This document shows positions 26,392-36,803 of a stretch of 64,000 nucleotides of DNA, piece after piece; positions within the stretch are counted from its first letter, which is position 1; each line of letters begins with the position of its first letter. A model generated the notes under the pieces. That model saw only the letters and a program-made list of their open reading frames with translations. It had not been told where the DNA came from and ran no database searches. The translations under genes and the position numbers were made by a program. Origin of the DNA: Anaerolineales bacterium (GTDB lineage Bacteria; Chloroflexota; Anaerolineae; Anaerolineales; UBA4823); NCBI GenBank assembly GCA_003105035.1, contig PQAL01000037.1:133999-197998 (forward strand). The letters are read 5' to 3'.

Positions 26392-26419
26392 CTAACCTAT
26401 AACTTCGCTTATGTAACAA
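26392..26419 (+). other. dif-like Xer recombination site (11-6-11)
   Basis: CTAACCTATAA-CTTCGC-TTATGTAACAA in an intergenic region between convergent genes. Confidence 0.45.
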
Positions 26420-26601
26420 AAGATCAGATCCCGGCATAGCCCACCGGGCTGGTGTTTCGGGGTTGGAAAGACACCAAACCCTCTCAATGACAAATAATTT
26501 TGTCTACATCTGCCATCACATTGACAACTGATTTCGGGCAAGATAGCCCTTGTGAAGTCCTAAAAAATCCTTTGTGTCCTTTCTGTCCTTTGTGTTTTTC
26601 T

Positions 26602-29600
26602 TTAAAAGCCTTCCAACTTTGACATATCCGCCACGCTGCTTCCAAGGGCGACGATGCGTTGCAGCAATGCCAGGCGATTCTGGCGCAGGAGGGCGTCCTC
26701 AGTCATCACCAGCACTTCATCGAAGAAGCGATTGACCTCTGGGATCATCGGCAGGAAAGCCGTCAGGAAACTATTGACAGTGTGGATGCGCGACAGGTGG
26801 ACAGCTTTTTCAGCCTGCTGCAGGGCAGCATACAGGCTTTCTTCAGCCTTTTCGGCAAATGCCTGCGGGTCCAGATTGAAGGTCTCGCCAATATCGCGGG
26901 TGATGCGCACGCAACGGGCATAGGCTGGGAGGATGTCATGCCAATCGGGGCGGATGACCCAGCTGGATAGCTGGGTGACCGACAGATAGGTACGGGCCGG
27001 GTTATACCCCTGGGCAGACACTACTGCTTCAACGACATCGTAGTGGTAGCCACTCTCGAGTAGCAAGTTGCGCAGGCGTTCGATGATAAACACCTGGCAG
27101 GCAACCAACGTGTCCGGCTCAATGGCAATCGGCAATTGCCCAGCGGCGAACCCCAGACCCATGCACAGGTCGAGACTGGCATTCTGAGCGATGAGGGCCT
27201 GCACTAAACCCAAAGCAGCCCGACGCTGGGCGAATGGATCACGGGCACCGGTGGGGGCCATCCCGGCGGCAAACAACCCCACCAGCGTATCCAGGCGGTC
27301 AGCAGTACCAACGACCAGCCCTGGGCAGGTTTTGGGTGGCTGATCTCCGGCGAAGCGTGGCAGGTAGTGCTCATAGATGGCTTCAGCAACCGCTTCACTT
27401 TCGCCGGAAGAGAGGGCGTAATAACGTCCCAGGATACCTTGCAAGGAAGTCATCTCGATGACCATCTTGGTCGCCAGGTCAGCTTTGCACAGCTCTGCCG
27501 CCCGGTGAGCAATCTCCGCCTCTGCAGGGTTAAGACTGAGCATAGGTGCCAGTTGATCTGCCAGGGCGGTGATGCGGTGGGTTTTATCGAGCATTGAACC
27601 TAGCTTGGCCTGGAAGGTGAGCGTACCCAACCTGGGCAGGAAATCAGCCAGCTTGTGTTTCCGGTCATCGCGCACGAAGAAATCTGCATCGGCGAAGCGA
27701 GCGCGAATGACATGCTGGTTTCCTTCGATGATCAGCTCAGTGCCAGGGATGGGATGTATGCCTCGTGAAGGATGATTGGCCACGGTGATAAAGTAAGGTA
27801 GCAGCTCACTTTCATCGGCAGGAAGCAGGAGCTCTGAAGGAATAGATGTACGCCCGGAGGTGGGCGGCTGGATTGAAAACACCGGAAAATAGCGTTGATG
27901 TTTCTTCATCACCGAGATGAGCACTTCGCGTGGCAGGTTCAAGGCAGCCGCATCGAACGAGCCAAGCACGGCAGTGGGGGCTTCAACCAGGTTGGCAATC
28001 TCCCCCAGCAACGCCTGATCGGGTATGCTGCGCCCATGGATTTCACTGACCAACCCATCTAGCTGTGTTTGGATCAGAACGGTTCGATCAGCCTTTTCAA
28101 GGATGATGCCTTGCTCTTTAAGCCGCCTGAAATAATCGATGGCGTTCTCCACGGGGAATTCAGCCGGTGATATCGTGCGCAAGCCGCGCGTGCGGTTTGA
28201 TGATCTCAATCCAGCGAACTCAAAGGGGATTACCAGCTCACCAAGCAAAGCCAGCAGCCAGCGGATGGGGCGCGAGAAATATACATTGGTCCGGTTCCAG
28301 CGCATCGATTTATCAAAGCGCAGGGAGGCGATCAACCCCGGCAAAGCTTCACCCAGTACTTCAGCTGCCGGTCGGCCTGCCTGACGGACCGTGGCAGCTA
28401 CATAACGCCCACCGTCCAGGTCTACGACCTGCAGGTCGTGCAGGCTGACACCTTTGCTGCGGGCGAAGCCTTCGGCTGCCTTGGTAGGGGCTCCGAACGA
28501 GTCGAAGGCCCGGTCGGCCGGTGGGCCTTTGACGAGTTGTTCCAGATCGGGCTGGCGGGGGGAGACAGCCATTACATGCATCACCAGGCGGCGCGGTGTT
28601 CCCGAGACATGTACATCCCCATGAGCAAGGCGCAGCTCATCCAGCAGGAGGGGAAGGCGCTTGTTCAGCTGTTCGATAGCCGAATCCAGGTCACCAGCGG
28701 GGAGCTCCTCGGTGCCGATCTCAAACAACAGGTCGGCGGGGGCCGAAAGGGAGGTCGTCGCTGATAAGGAAATTCTTTCAGCCTGAGCTTGCTCTGCAAT
28801 CTGGTCTTCATCCAGGAAAGGATATTCCAGGTGCTGCCGCTGGGCAAGGTAGGCTTCAGCCACGCGCCTTGAAAGGTCGCGCATCCGTCCAAAGTAAGCC
28901 TGGCGCTCTGTGATTCCGATAGCACCACGCGAATCGAGCACGTTAAAGGTGTGCGAGCATTTCAAGACGTAATCATGCGCAGGCAGGACCAGGTTCATAT
29001 CCAGGCAGGCTCTGGCCTCCTGCTCGTAAAGGTCATACATAGCTTTCAAGCGGCCAACATCGGCCACCTCGAAATAGTACGTGCTCTGTTCCTGCTCAGC
29101 TTGCAGGTTTACGTCTCCGCTGGTGAACCGGTCATTCCAGCGGATGTGGGTAAAGCCATCCACACGCTGCAGAGCGATGGCGATGCGGTCAAGCCCATAA
29201 GTGATCTCGACAGAAACTGGGTCACACAGCGCTCCTCCGGCCTGCTGGAAATAGGTGAACTGGGTGATCTCCTGACCATCCAGCCAGACTTCCCAGCCCA
29301 ATCCCCAGGCACCCAGGGCAGGGCTTTCCCAGTTATCTTCCACGAAACGCAGATCATGTAGAAGTGGGTCGATACCGAGGGCAGCCAGGGAGGCAATATA
29401 CAGCTCCTGGGCGTTGCCCGGGTCGGGCTTGAGGATCACCTGGAACTGGTAGTGCATCTGCATGCGGTTGGGGTTCTCACCATAGCGACCATCATCCGGG
29501 CGGATGGATGGCTCCACATAAGCCACATTCCAGGGTTCAGGCCCAAGCACACGCAGGGCCGTAGCTGGGTTGAGCGTGCCAGCGCCTACCTGCTGGTAGT

Positions 29601-29685
29601 AGGGCTGCCAGATGAGGCAACCTCGCTCTGCCCAGAAATGCTGCAGGGTGAGGATGATGGATTGGAAATCGAGTGTTTCAGTCAT
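26602..29685 (-). CDS. glyQS: Glycine--tRNA ligase, fused alpha+beta subunits
   Basis: Alpha motifs [30 protein letters not shown], followed in frame by beta motifs [28 protein letters not shown]. Confidence 0.96.
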   Translation of the reverse strand: MTETLDFQSIILTLQHFWAERGCLIWQPYYQQVGAGTLNPATALRVLGPEPWNVAYVEPSIRPDDGRYGENPNRMQMHYQFQVILKPDPGNAQELYIASLAALGIDPLLHDLRFVEDNWESPALGAWGLGWEVWLDGQEITQFTYFQQAGGALCDPVSVEITYGLDRIAIALQRVDGFTHIRWNDRFTSGDVNLQAEQEQSTYYFEVADVGRLKAMYDLYEQEARACLDMNLVLPAHDYVLKCSHTFNVLDSRGAIGITERQAYFGRMRDLSRRVAEAYLAQRQHLEYPFLDEDQIAEQAQAERISLSATTSLSAPADLLFEIGTEELPAGDLDSAIEQLNKRLPLLLDELRLAHGDVHVSGTPRRLVMHVMAVSPRQPDLEQLVKGPPADRAFDSFGAPTKAAEGFARSKGVSLHDLQVVDLDGGRYVAATVRQAGRPAAEVLGEALPGLIASLRFDKSMRWNRTNVYFSRPIRWLLALLGELVIPFEFAGLRSSNRTRGLRTISPAEFPVENAIDYFRRLKEQGIILEKADRTVLIQTQLDGLVSEIHGRSIPDQALLGEIANLVEAPTAVLGSFDAAALNLPREVLISVMKKHQRYFPVFSIQPPTSGRTSIPSELLLPADESELLPYFITVANHPSRGIHPIPGTELIIEGNQHVIRARFADADFFVRDDRKHKLADFLPRLGTLTFQAKLGSMLDKTHRITALADQLAPMLSLNPAEAEIAHRAAELCKADLATKMVIEMTSLQGILGRYYALSSGESEAVAEAIYEHYLPRFAGDQPPKTCPGLVVGTADRLDTLVGLFAAGMAPTGARDPFAQRRAALGLVQALIAQNASLDLCMGLGFAAGQLPIAIEPDTLVACQVFIIERLRNLLLESGYHYDVVEAVVSAQGYNPARTYLSVTQLSSWVIRPDWHDILPAYARCVRITRDIGETFNLDPQAFAEKAEESLYAALQQAEKAVHLSRIHTVNSFLTAFLPMIPEVNRFFDEVLVMTEDALLRQNRLALLQRIVALGSSVADMSKLEGF

Positions 29686-29962
29686 GGCTACTCTTTAATG
29701 GTCATGGTTTGGATAAATCAGGGAGATTATAACCGTAAAAAGTGTTGGCGGTTCTGGATTTGTAATAAATTAGGAGTTGGGATGACCGGTAGAAAAGGTC
29801 TGGGCTTTGTTGAAATCACACAACCCAACCAACAAAAAAATCACACTGGAAACATAATTATATGTGTGAGATAATTGGACAATTCTTGTGTTATTTGTGG
29901 AATAATTTTCGATGATGTCCAGAGCAGGAGCAGGTTTGGAGCAGTGCGCAGATGATTTGGCG

Positions 29963-31486
29963 ATGAAAGTCTTAGTAAGCGGTGCAACGGGAAATATTGG
30001 CAGCAAGCTGATCCCACGCCTGGTGGCGGCAGGCCATGCGGTGAGTTGCATGGCCAGGCAGCCAATATGCCTGGAAAGGTACCAGTGGCAGGGTGTTGAG
30101 ATTCACCAGGCTGATGTGCTTGACCTGCCCAGCCTGTCGAAGGTCATGCAGGGTATTGAAGTGGCCTATTACCTGATCCACTCGATGGCAGACGGGGTGA
30201 AGGGGTATATCGAGCAGGATATAAAGGCAGCCGAAAATTTCAGCAGGAGTGCCCGCCAGGCAGGCGTACAACGCATCATCTACCTGGGAGGTCTGGGGGT
30301 ATGCGAACACGACCTGACATCCCATCTGGCATCCAGGCAGCGCGTGGGTGAGATTTTACGGGCTTCGGGCGTGCCAGTTACCGAATTCCGTTCGGCAGTG
30401 ATCATTGGGACAGGCAGTGCCTCCTTTGAAATAATTCGCTACCTGATGGAGCGGATCCCATTGATCCTCGCACCCCCCAGCATACAGACCTACTGCCAGC
30501 CAATCGGTGTGGAAAATGTACTGGAATACCTGACAGCCTGCCTCTTAGCACCTCACTCGATCAATAAGTTATACGAAATCGGCGGACCAGATATCCTCAG
30601 TTATCAAGAGATGCTCAGGGAATATGCCGTAATCCGTAAGTTGAAACGAAAAATGGTGCGTATACCTGGGCTTTCACCAAAACATGCTGCGCGGATCATG
30701 CATTTATTTACACCCATCCCTATCGCATATGCCGAACCGCTGCTAGATGGGCTTGGCAGCGAGGTGATCGTGCGCGACCCGAGCGCACAAGAGGATTTCA
30801 AGATAAACCTTACCAGGTATGCTTTCAGCCTGAGGCAGGCGCTGCAACGCACCGGTTCTGGAGAGGTGGAACATTACTGGCGTGGAAATCATCCGGGGCT
30901 TGAGCCCGGCGTAACCCACCTGGATATTGAAGGTATGTTCATCGAGCAGCGACGAACCACCAGCTCAGCCAGACCGGAAATGCTGTTTACAGCTTTCGCA
31001 GGAATTGGCGGCCGGCATGGATGGTATTATGCCAACTGGCTGTGGAAGCTGCGCGGCTGGGTGGATAAGCTGGCAGGCGGCATGAGCCGGCCAGCTAGCC
31101 GGACTAACCCGGACGAGTTGCATCCTGGTGATATACTGGAAGGGTGGAGTGTGGAGAAGGTCGAACCTGGCTACTTGATCAGGCTGAAGTTCGAGATGAA
31201 AGCACCAGGCCCAGCCTGGATGCAGTTTGAAGCTCAAGCATATAAGGACGGAGGATCCCTGCTCATCCTTACGTCTTTTTTTGAGCCTCATGGCATCGGC
31301 GGGTTGATCTACTGGTACTGCCTCTACCCTTTCCACCAATGGATCAACAAAGGTCTATCAAAAGCGATCGTCAGGCAAGCAGAAGATATAAGCCATACCA
31401 GCGACGCATCCAGTAGTAACCTTGGAAAGACCAACAACAACATCGAGGCAAATTTCATTGAGAACAATGGTCGAAATCCGTACTGA
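29963..31486 (+). CDS. YbjT-like NAD(P)-binding SDR with DUF2867 domain
   Basis: VLVSGATGNIG, AYYLIHSM, HLASR, C-terminal IGGRHGWYYANWLWKLRG..EMKAPG..LIYWY. Confidence 0.85.
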   Translation: MKVLVSGATGNIGSKLIPRLVAAGHAVSCMARQPICLERYQWQGVEIHQADVLDLPSLSKVMQGIEVAYYLIHSMADGVKGYIEQDIKAAENFSRSARQAGVQRIIYLGGLGVCEHDLTSHLASRQRVGEILRASGVPVTEFRSAVIIGTGSASFEIIRYLMERIPLILAPPSIQTYCQPIGVENVLEYLTACLLAPHSINKLYEIGGPDILSYQEMLREYAVIRKLKRKMVRIPGLSPKHAARIMHLFTPIPIAYAEPLLDGLGSEVIVRDPSAQEDFKINLTRYAFSLRQALQRTGSGEVEHYWRGNHPGLEPGVTHLDIEGMFIEQRRTTSSARPEMLFTAFAGIGGRHGWYYANWLWKLRGWVDKLAGGMSRPASRTNPDELHPGDILEGWSVEKVEPGYLIRLKFEMKAPGPAWMQFEAQAYKDGGSLLILTSFFEPHGIGGLIYWYCLYPFHQWINKGLSKAIVRQAEDISHTSDASSSNLGKTNNNIEANFIENNGRNPY

Positions 31487-31495
31487 TGATAAGGT

Positions 31496-32446
31496 ATGAT
31501 CACTCAACAGAAATATCAGGGTGAAGGTGATAAACAAAGGATGATCGAACTGGCGGTTGCTACCCAGGCCGAAAATATCCATTTCATTGACCTGCCTTAC
31601 CGGCTGAGCTCATGGGCGCTGGATGAAACGGAGAACATCGGGCTGTGGGTGGATGGGCGTGGGCAGCTGGCGGCTTGGGCTGTGATGCAATCTCCATTCT
31701 GGACAGTGGACTGTGTGATCCGGCCAGACAGCTTCAGAAGCGGCTACAGGCAGATCCTTGAGTGGGTAAATAAACGCTCTACAAACCTATTGAACACGGA
31801 TTATGGCCATCCATGCTGGTTCATGAACGCCTTCCCACAGCAAGGCGAGCGCAGGCAGGCACTTGAGCAAGCCGGGTATGTATGCCAAGCTTACCTTCCC
31901 AAAGATGCCTGGTCATCGGTGTGGATGGAACTCGAACGGATAAAGCAGATTCCAACCTATCATCTTGCTGAAGGTTTCACTTTCCGACCCCTGGGGGGAC
32001 CTGGAGAAGTGGATGCCTACGTTGAGCTGCACCAGGCCGTATTCGAGACCAAAAATATGACCAGTGACTGGCGCGGGCGCACACTGCAGCAACCAGTTCA
32101 TAAGCCCGAGCTGGACATGGTGGCCGTCGCACCTGACGGAAAGCTGGTGGCTTTCTGCATCGGCTGGCTTGGGACAGATAGGCAAGGAAACCTGGTGGGG
32201 CAGATTGAACCACTGGGATGCCATGCCGACTATAGAAAGTTCGGGCTCGGGCGGCAGGTGCTGTGCGAGACGCTCAAGCGCTTGCGGCAATACGGCGCAG
32301 GGAATATCTATGTTGAGACGGATGACTTCCGCTCGGCAGCCTTTCATCTCTACCAGGGCATCGGATTTGAAGTTGTAAATCAGGTGTTGGTGTACCGCAA
32401 AGATGTCGGTGAGCCCGTAACAGTAGATGATATGGTCAATCAATAA
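31496..32446 (+). CDS. Tandem GNAT N-acetyltransferase
   Basis: GQIEPLGCHADYRKFGLGR, AFHLYQGIGF. Confidence 0.8.
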   Translation: MITQQKYQGEGDKQRMIELAVATQAENIHFIDLPYRLSSWALDETENIGLWVDGRGQLAAWAVMQSPFWTVDCVIRPDSFRSGYRQILEWVNKRSTNLLNTDYGHPCWFMNAFPQQGERRQALEQAGYVCQAYLPKDAWSSVWMELERIKQIPTYHLAEGFTFRPLGGPGEVDAYVELHQAVFETKNMTSDWRGRTLQQPVHKPELDMVAVAPDGKLVAFCIGWLGTDRQGNLVGQIEPLGCHADYRKFGLGRQVLCETLKRLRQYGAGNIYVETDDFRSAAFHLYQGIGFEVVNQVLVYRKDVGEPVTVDDMVNQ

Positions 32447-32458
32447 TCATGGAGGAAC

Positions 32459-32914
32459 ATGTTGATCAATTGGGATGGATGGAATTATCTGCTGGGTGAG
32501 TGGGAAGGTGGGCATGCAGTCCACCCGGAGCAGGGGCAGGGAACATTCAGCTTCAGTTTTGAGCTGGACCAAAACATCCTGGTGAGGCGCAGTCGCACGG
32601 TTTTCCCCGCCACAGCTGAGCGTGAGGGCTTCAGCCATGATGATTTGCTGATCGTGTACACCGAATTTACCGGGGCGAAACGGGCGATCTATTTTGATAA
32701 TGAAGAGCATGTCATCCACTACGAAGTAGGAATCTCGCCTGATAAGAAGAATATTGTGCTTGAGAGCGATGCGGTTCCCTACGCACCCCAGTTCAGGTTC
32801 ACTTACAGCAATACGGGTGAGGATACGCTGGAAGCCAAATTTGAGATGGCACCACCCGGGAAGGCGGGTGAATACTTTACCTACCTTCAAGGGACAGCCA
32901 AACGTATAAAATGA
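32459..32914 (+). CDS. Hypothetical beta-barrel protein (DUF1579-like)
   Basis: YLLGEWEG start, AIYFDNEEHVIHY, PQFRFTY. Confidence 0.55.
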   Translation: MLINWDGWNYLLGEWEGGHAVHPEQGQGTFSFSFELDQNILVRRSRTVFPATAEREGFSHDDLLIVYTEFTGAKRAIYFDNEEHVIHYEVGISPDKKNIVLESDAVPYAPQFRFTYSNTGEDTLEAKFEMAPPGKAGEYFTYLQGTAKRIK

Positions 32915-33459
32915 CCGTGTTTATCTCCTTGCTGCAGGGTATCAATGTGGGGGGGCAAAAAAGACTGGGGATGGAAGCGCTGCGCAAGATTTACCAGGAT
33001 CTTGGGTTTTCTCTCATCCGTACGTATGTGCAAAGCGGGAATGTCGCATTTTCTACCGATGAGGAAAACTGCGCACTACTCAAGGATAAGATCGAAGTAG
33101 CTATTACCAGAGCGTGTGGATTTTCCACCCGGGTGTTCATCCGGACAGCGGGTGACCTACAGCGTATATTGAACAGTAATCCTTTCCTGACCAAACGCAT
33201 GGAAGAGGCAAGTAAGCTACATATATCGTTCCTATACCAACCGGTTGAAAGTTCTGCGTGGAGCAGGCTGTCAGTACCCCAGGGCAGCCAGGACGAATAC
33301 GCACCCGGCAAGATGGAGGTGTTCCTGTTTTGCCCGAATGGCTACGGTAAGACAAAATTATCAAACAGCTTTTTCGAGCGAAAATTGGGTGTGCCGGTGA
33401 CCACTCGGAACTGGAATACACTAGAGGCGCTTTACAGGATGGCGCAAGATGTTCCCTGA
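32911..33459 (+). CDS. DUF1697-family protein
   Basis: LLQGINVGG, TYVQSGNV, TTRNWNT. Confidence 0.88.
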   Translation: MTVFISLLQGINVGGQKRLGMEALRKIYQDLGFSLIRTYVQSGNVAFSTDEENCALLKDKIEVAITRACGFSTRVFIRTAGDLQRILNSNPFLTKRMEEASKLHISFLYQPVESSAWSRLSVPQGSQDEYAPGKMEVFLFCPNGYGKTKLSNSFFERKLGVPVTTRNWNTLEALYRMAQDVP

Positions 33460-33850
33460 ACGCTATATCGAACAATATCTGCTGCAAATTCCTCCTGAAT
33501 TACGCGATATTGTGCTGGAGATCAGGAATATTGTTGCTAGCGTGGCACCCGGTGCCACCGAAAAACAGCACAGCCGCGGCTTCAGTTATTATCACAAAGA
33601 ACGGGGAGGCCCGGTGAGTGCGGGGATTTGCCAGATTGGCATCTTCGGCGATCACATCCGCCTGGCTTTCATCCACGGGGCGTTCCTGGATGACCCGGAG
33701 GGCATGCTGAGAGGTAAAGAAAAGGCCAAGAGATATATGCCAATCTATAGCTATGAGGAGGCTCCCTGGGAGTATATTCGAAGCTTGATTGAGGCCCATT
33801 CGCGTTTTGACCCCTACACTTATTTCAAGAAAAATAATGAAACTGCATAA
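33449..33850 (+). CDS. DUF1801 (YdhG-like) protein
   Basis: IRLAFIHGAFLDDPEGMLRGKEKAKRY. Confidence 0.75.
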   Translation: MFPERYIEQYLLQIPPELRDIVLEIRNIVASVAPGATEKQHSRGFSYYHKERGGPVSAGICQIGIFGDHIRLAFIHGAFLDDPEGMLRGKEKAKRYMPIYSYEEAPWEYIRSLIEAHSRFDPYTYFKKNNETA

Positions 33851-34283
33851 AGGAAAATCAATTTTTTTATTGTTTTCTCTGGCGATAATTGTTTCGGCCT
33901 GTGCAGCACGGACAGGCACCCCAGGCGCCACCCTCAACCCGGTGTCTGACCCCACCCAGACGCCCGCCCTGCTGGCGACACCCTATGCACAGCAGCCTGC
34001 AGCCGGGATCTGTGCGAGCCCCGATGGCCAAGCCGTGGTCATCACTCTCAACCCGGATATCCCTGACCCGCGCTGCAGCAAAGCACGGCCTGACCAAAAG
34101 CTCATGGTGATCAACCGCACTCAGGCTAGCCTGCTCGTTTCGATTGGCAAGTTCGAAGATTTACTGCCACCCGGTGGGCAATTCACGGTGGATGAGCCTT
34201 TTGGAGAGTACCTTGCAGCCGGGGTACATCAGCTGAGTGTTTCGCCCTGTTGCAGCGCTGAGATCTGGCTGGAGGAGAAATAG
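33837..34283 (+). CDS. Putative lipoprotein with cupredoxin-like C-terminus
   Basis: Lipobox IVSAC after a hydrophobic signal, then a Pro/Thr linker. Confidence 0.6.
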   Translation: MKLHKGKSIFLLFSLAIIVSACAARTGTPGATLNPVSDPTQTPALLATPYAQQPAAGICASPDGQAVVITLNPDIPDPRCSKARPDQKLMVINRTQASLLVSIGKFEDLLPPGGQFTVDEPFGEYLAAGVHQLSVSPCCSAEIWLEEK

Positions 34284-34907
34284 ATGAAATTAACCCCCAA
34301 GATCATCCTGGAAGGCACACGGCTAACCCACAAGACTGACATCGCCTTCGCCTTGAATGAACACCCGCGCATTGTTGGACCGCGCAAATATCGCTACCAT
34401 TCTCCGCTGGTGTCAGCGGAATGGTGCGGCTTCACTAACTTTCCCTGGGGGCGCGGCCTGATCAATTTCGACCCACAGGAAGAAGCCCTGGCAATGGATA
34501 CCTACCACACGTGGGTGAAGCTCTTCCAACAATTACGATATTACTCATGGATCGTCGACCGCTTTCACATCTCAACCCAGACATACCAATTTATCCAGCG
34601 GGCGAAAAGCTATGATTTTGTCTGGCTGGAGCAGACCCTGAAAGAGCTGGATTTCAGGCTAATCTTCTGTACACGCTCAGCTGGTTCATTCGCCCAGGCG
34701 CGGGAGCAGAGGATCAAAGTGTCGGGGAAGCCATCGCAATATGATGACCTGCAGATTTTCGTCAAGGAGCAGGAGGTGATGCAAGGGTTTATTAATGCCT
34801 CCAGGCTGCAAACGCTGAAGGTGGATATCTCAGATGATGATGTGACCAGGGTAGTCGAAAATATTGCGGACTGGATGGAACAAACCGGTGGATTATACTC
34901 AAACTAA
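34284..34907 (+). CDS. Nucleotide-kinase-like protein with deviant P-loop
   Basis: IILEGTRLTHKT, IVDRFHIS (dTMP-kinase-like DR motif). Confidence 0.55.
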   Translation: MKLTPKIILEGTRLTHKTDIAFALNEHPRIVGPRKYRYHSPLVSAEWCGFTNFPWGRGLINFDPQEEALAMDTYHTWVKLFQQLRYYSWIVDRFHISTQTYQFIQRAKSYDFVWLEQTLKELDFRLIFCTRSAGSFAQAREQRIKVSGKPSQYDDLQIFVKEQEVMQGFINASRLQTLKVDISDDDVTRVVENIADWMEQTGGLYSN

Positions 34908-34924
34908 ACCAGGGCTGGAAATTG

Positions 34925-35491
34925 ATGTACATATTCCTGATGCCCCTGCTGATTGGTTTCATATTTAACTCCCTCAGCGCATTTACCTGCTATCTCAGCC
35001 AACGCCTGGGGGAGCGGAATGGGCGGGTTGCTTGCATCATCCTTCGGGATGTACTGGGAATACCGATGTGGGCAATCGGCTATGCCATGGCGGAAAATGC
35101 AGCCTCAAGTCTGATATATACCCCCCTGTGGTTCATTTCCGTATTGGCTGGCTTATTGATGCTTGCGGGCGCAGCTAGCATTATCATCGGGCTGGCGTCA
35201 ATCGCCGGGCGTGCCTTTGCGCCCTCCACCAAGGACACACTGGTGAGCAGTGGGATCTACGCCTATATTCGACATCCGCTGTACAGCGGGTTAATGCTCG
35301 AGCTTGCTGGCCTATTTTTATATATTCCAAAAACGACCGTCCTCATAGCCTGCCTGCTTGGATTTGGGTGGGTGCTGATCCAGTCGCGCCTGGAAGAATA
35401 CGACCTGGTAATACGACTTCCCGCATACCATGAGTATATGCTGCGGATACCTCGCTTTGTGCCAAATGTGGGAAAGCGTAAGGTGGACTAG
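34925..35491 (+). CDS. Isoprenylcysteine carboxyl methyltransferase / PEMT-family membrane protein
   Basis: LVSSGIYAYIRHPLYSG, EEYDL..YHEYMLRIPRF. Confidence 0.85.
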   Translation: MYIFLMPLLIGFIFNSLSAFTCYLSQRLGERNGRVACIILRDVLGIPMWAIGYAMAENAASSLIYTPLWFISVLAGLLMLAGAASIIIGLASIAGRAFAPSTKDTLVSSGIYAYIRHPLYSGLMLELAGLFLYIPKTTVLIACLLGFGWVLIQSRLEEYDLVIRLPAYHEYMLRIPRFVPNVGKRKVD

Positions 35492-35985
35492 TGAGTGTTT
35501 GAGGGCAGGGGGATGGTTACATCCGGACGTGGTTGGATAGTCATAGTCCGGGCCAGCGTATGCGCGACATTTTTTAATATCCGGCCAGTTTGGTCCCGGC
35601 AGCTCGGGAGAAGCTCGGATACTGGCACGGCAACGTGAACCTGCTGCCAGATTTCAGAATCGATGACCTGTCCATCAAACAGAATGATATCCAAATCAAT
35701 TGTGCGCGAGGCATTCTTGTCATCCGAGCGTACCCGGCCCATGCTTGCTTCCAAAGGACGCAGGATCCGATCTCGCAGGTTTTGCCGATCCAATTCGGTG
35801 GATACCAGCACTGCCATATTGAGATAATTTGGATAACAGCAGTCTGCTGAGGGTGTTTCATAAACAGATGAAACCCGCACTATGGTCAGCTTTGCCTGAA
35901 GCAAGGAGACTGCCCGGGGAATGTTAATTTCAGGCTCAATATTCGAGCCAAGCAGAAGGCAAGCTTGATGCTTAAGAATCATCAT
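35488..35985 (-). CDS. folK: 2-amino-4-hydroxy-6-hydroxymethyldihydropteridine diphosphokinase
   Basis: LLLGSNI, SSVYET, YLNMAV, MGRVR..SRTIDLDII. Confidence 0.88.
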   Translation of the reverse strand: MMILKHQACLLLGSNIEPEINIPRAVSLLQAKLTIVRVSSVYETPSADCCYPNYLNMAVLVSTELDRQNLRDRILRPLEASMGRVRSDDKNASRTIDLDIILFDGQVIDSEIWQQVHVAVPVSELLPSCRDQTGRILKNVAHTLARTMTIQPRPDVTIPLPSNTH

Positions 35986-35994
35986 ATCTCTAGG

Positions 35995-36720
35995 CTACAC
36001 CAGATGGCGACCGCCGTCAAGGTGGATGATCTCGCCCGTGACGTAAGCAGGACCGGCTAAGAGAAAGACCAGGGCCTGACCCACTTCAGCTAAATCAGCC
36101 CACCTGCCAGCGGGGACGTTTTTAAGGATATTGGACGGTGCTTCGCCTTCACTGGGGGGTAACACCGCACCCAAGGCCAGGCCATTGACGCTGATGCGCG
36201 GTGCAAGCGATACCGCCAGCGCCTGGGTAAGAGCCGCCAGGGCAGCCTTGCTGATCGTATAAGGCAGGTGGTCCGCTGTAGGGCGTAAGGCGCGCCAATC
36301 CAGGAGATTGACGATACGCCCCCAGCCATCCGGGTACAGCTGCTCGGCAAAGGCCTGACTGAGCAGGAAGGGGGCGGTGAGGTTGACCATCAGGTGATGA
36401 TTCCATTCTTCCAGATGGGTAGTCTGCCAATTCAAGCTGCCGAAAATAGCCGCATTGTTAACCAAACCATACAGGGTCCCAAATTCTTGGGTCCGCCGGA
36501 CCAGATCTCTCACCTGGGTCGGATCATTCAGGTCGGCCTGGAGCAGGTGGGCTTTCTGTCCTATTGCCGTGATTTCGTCAAGCAGGCTTTCAGCCTGGGC
36601 CTTAGAATGCTGGTAGTGAATGACCAGGTCACCCCCATTACGGGCAGCGGTGAGCGCCAGCTCGCGTCCCACCCGTTTGGCGGCGCCAGTGATCAGGATC
36701 AGTTTTCCATCAAGCAGCAT
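35995..36720 (-). CDS. Pteridine-reductase-like SDR (FolM/PTR1 type)
   Basis: ITGAAKRVG, VIHYQHS, LVNNAAIF, YTISKAAL. Adjacent to folK. Confidence 0.8.
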   Translation of the reverse strand: MLLDGKLILITGAAKRVGRELALTAARNGGDLVIHYQHSKAQAESLLDEITAIGQKAHLLQADLNDPTQVRDLVRRTQEFGTLYGLVNNAAIFGSLNWQTTHLEEWNHHLMVNLTAPFLLSQAFAEQLYPDGWGRIVNLLDWRALRPTADHLPYTISKAALAALTQALAVSLAPRISVNGLALGAVLPPSEGEAPSNILKNVPAGRWADLAEVGQALVFLLAGPAYVTGEIIHLDGGRHLV

Positions 36721-36803
36721 ATTCCGCCTTCTTTCTAGAGTGCATGCAGGTGCAATGAACAATTATCAACCACCTGACTGCCTCCATAACGATTATATCG
36801 GGT

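Noticed and set aside
29847-29874. Second dif-like sequence near the glyQS promoter
   Set aside because: One arm (TTATGTTTCCA) matches but the other does not. The region is simply AT-rich promoter DNA.
29963-35491. Run of short cassette-like genes (GNAT, DUF1697, DUF1801) suggesting an integron array
   Set aside because: Genes overlap or abut, leaving no room for attC sites. No integron integrase was seen.
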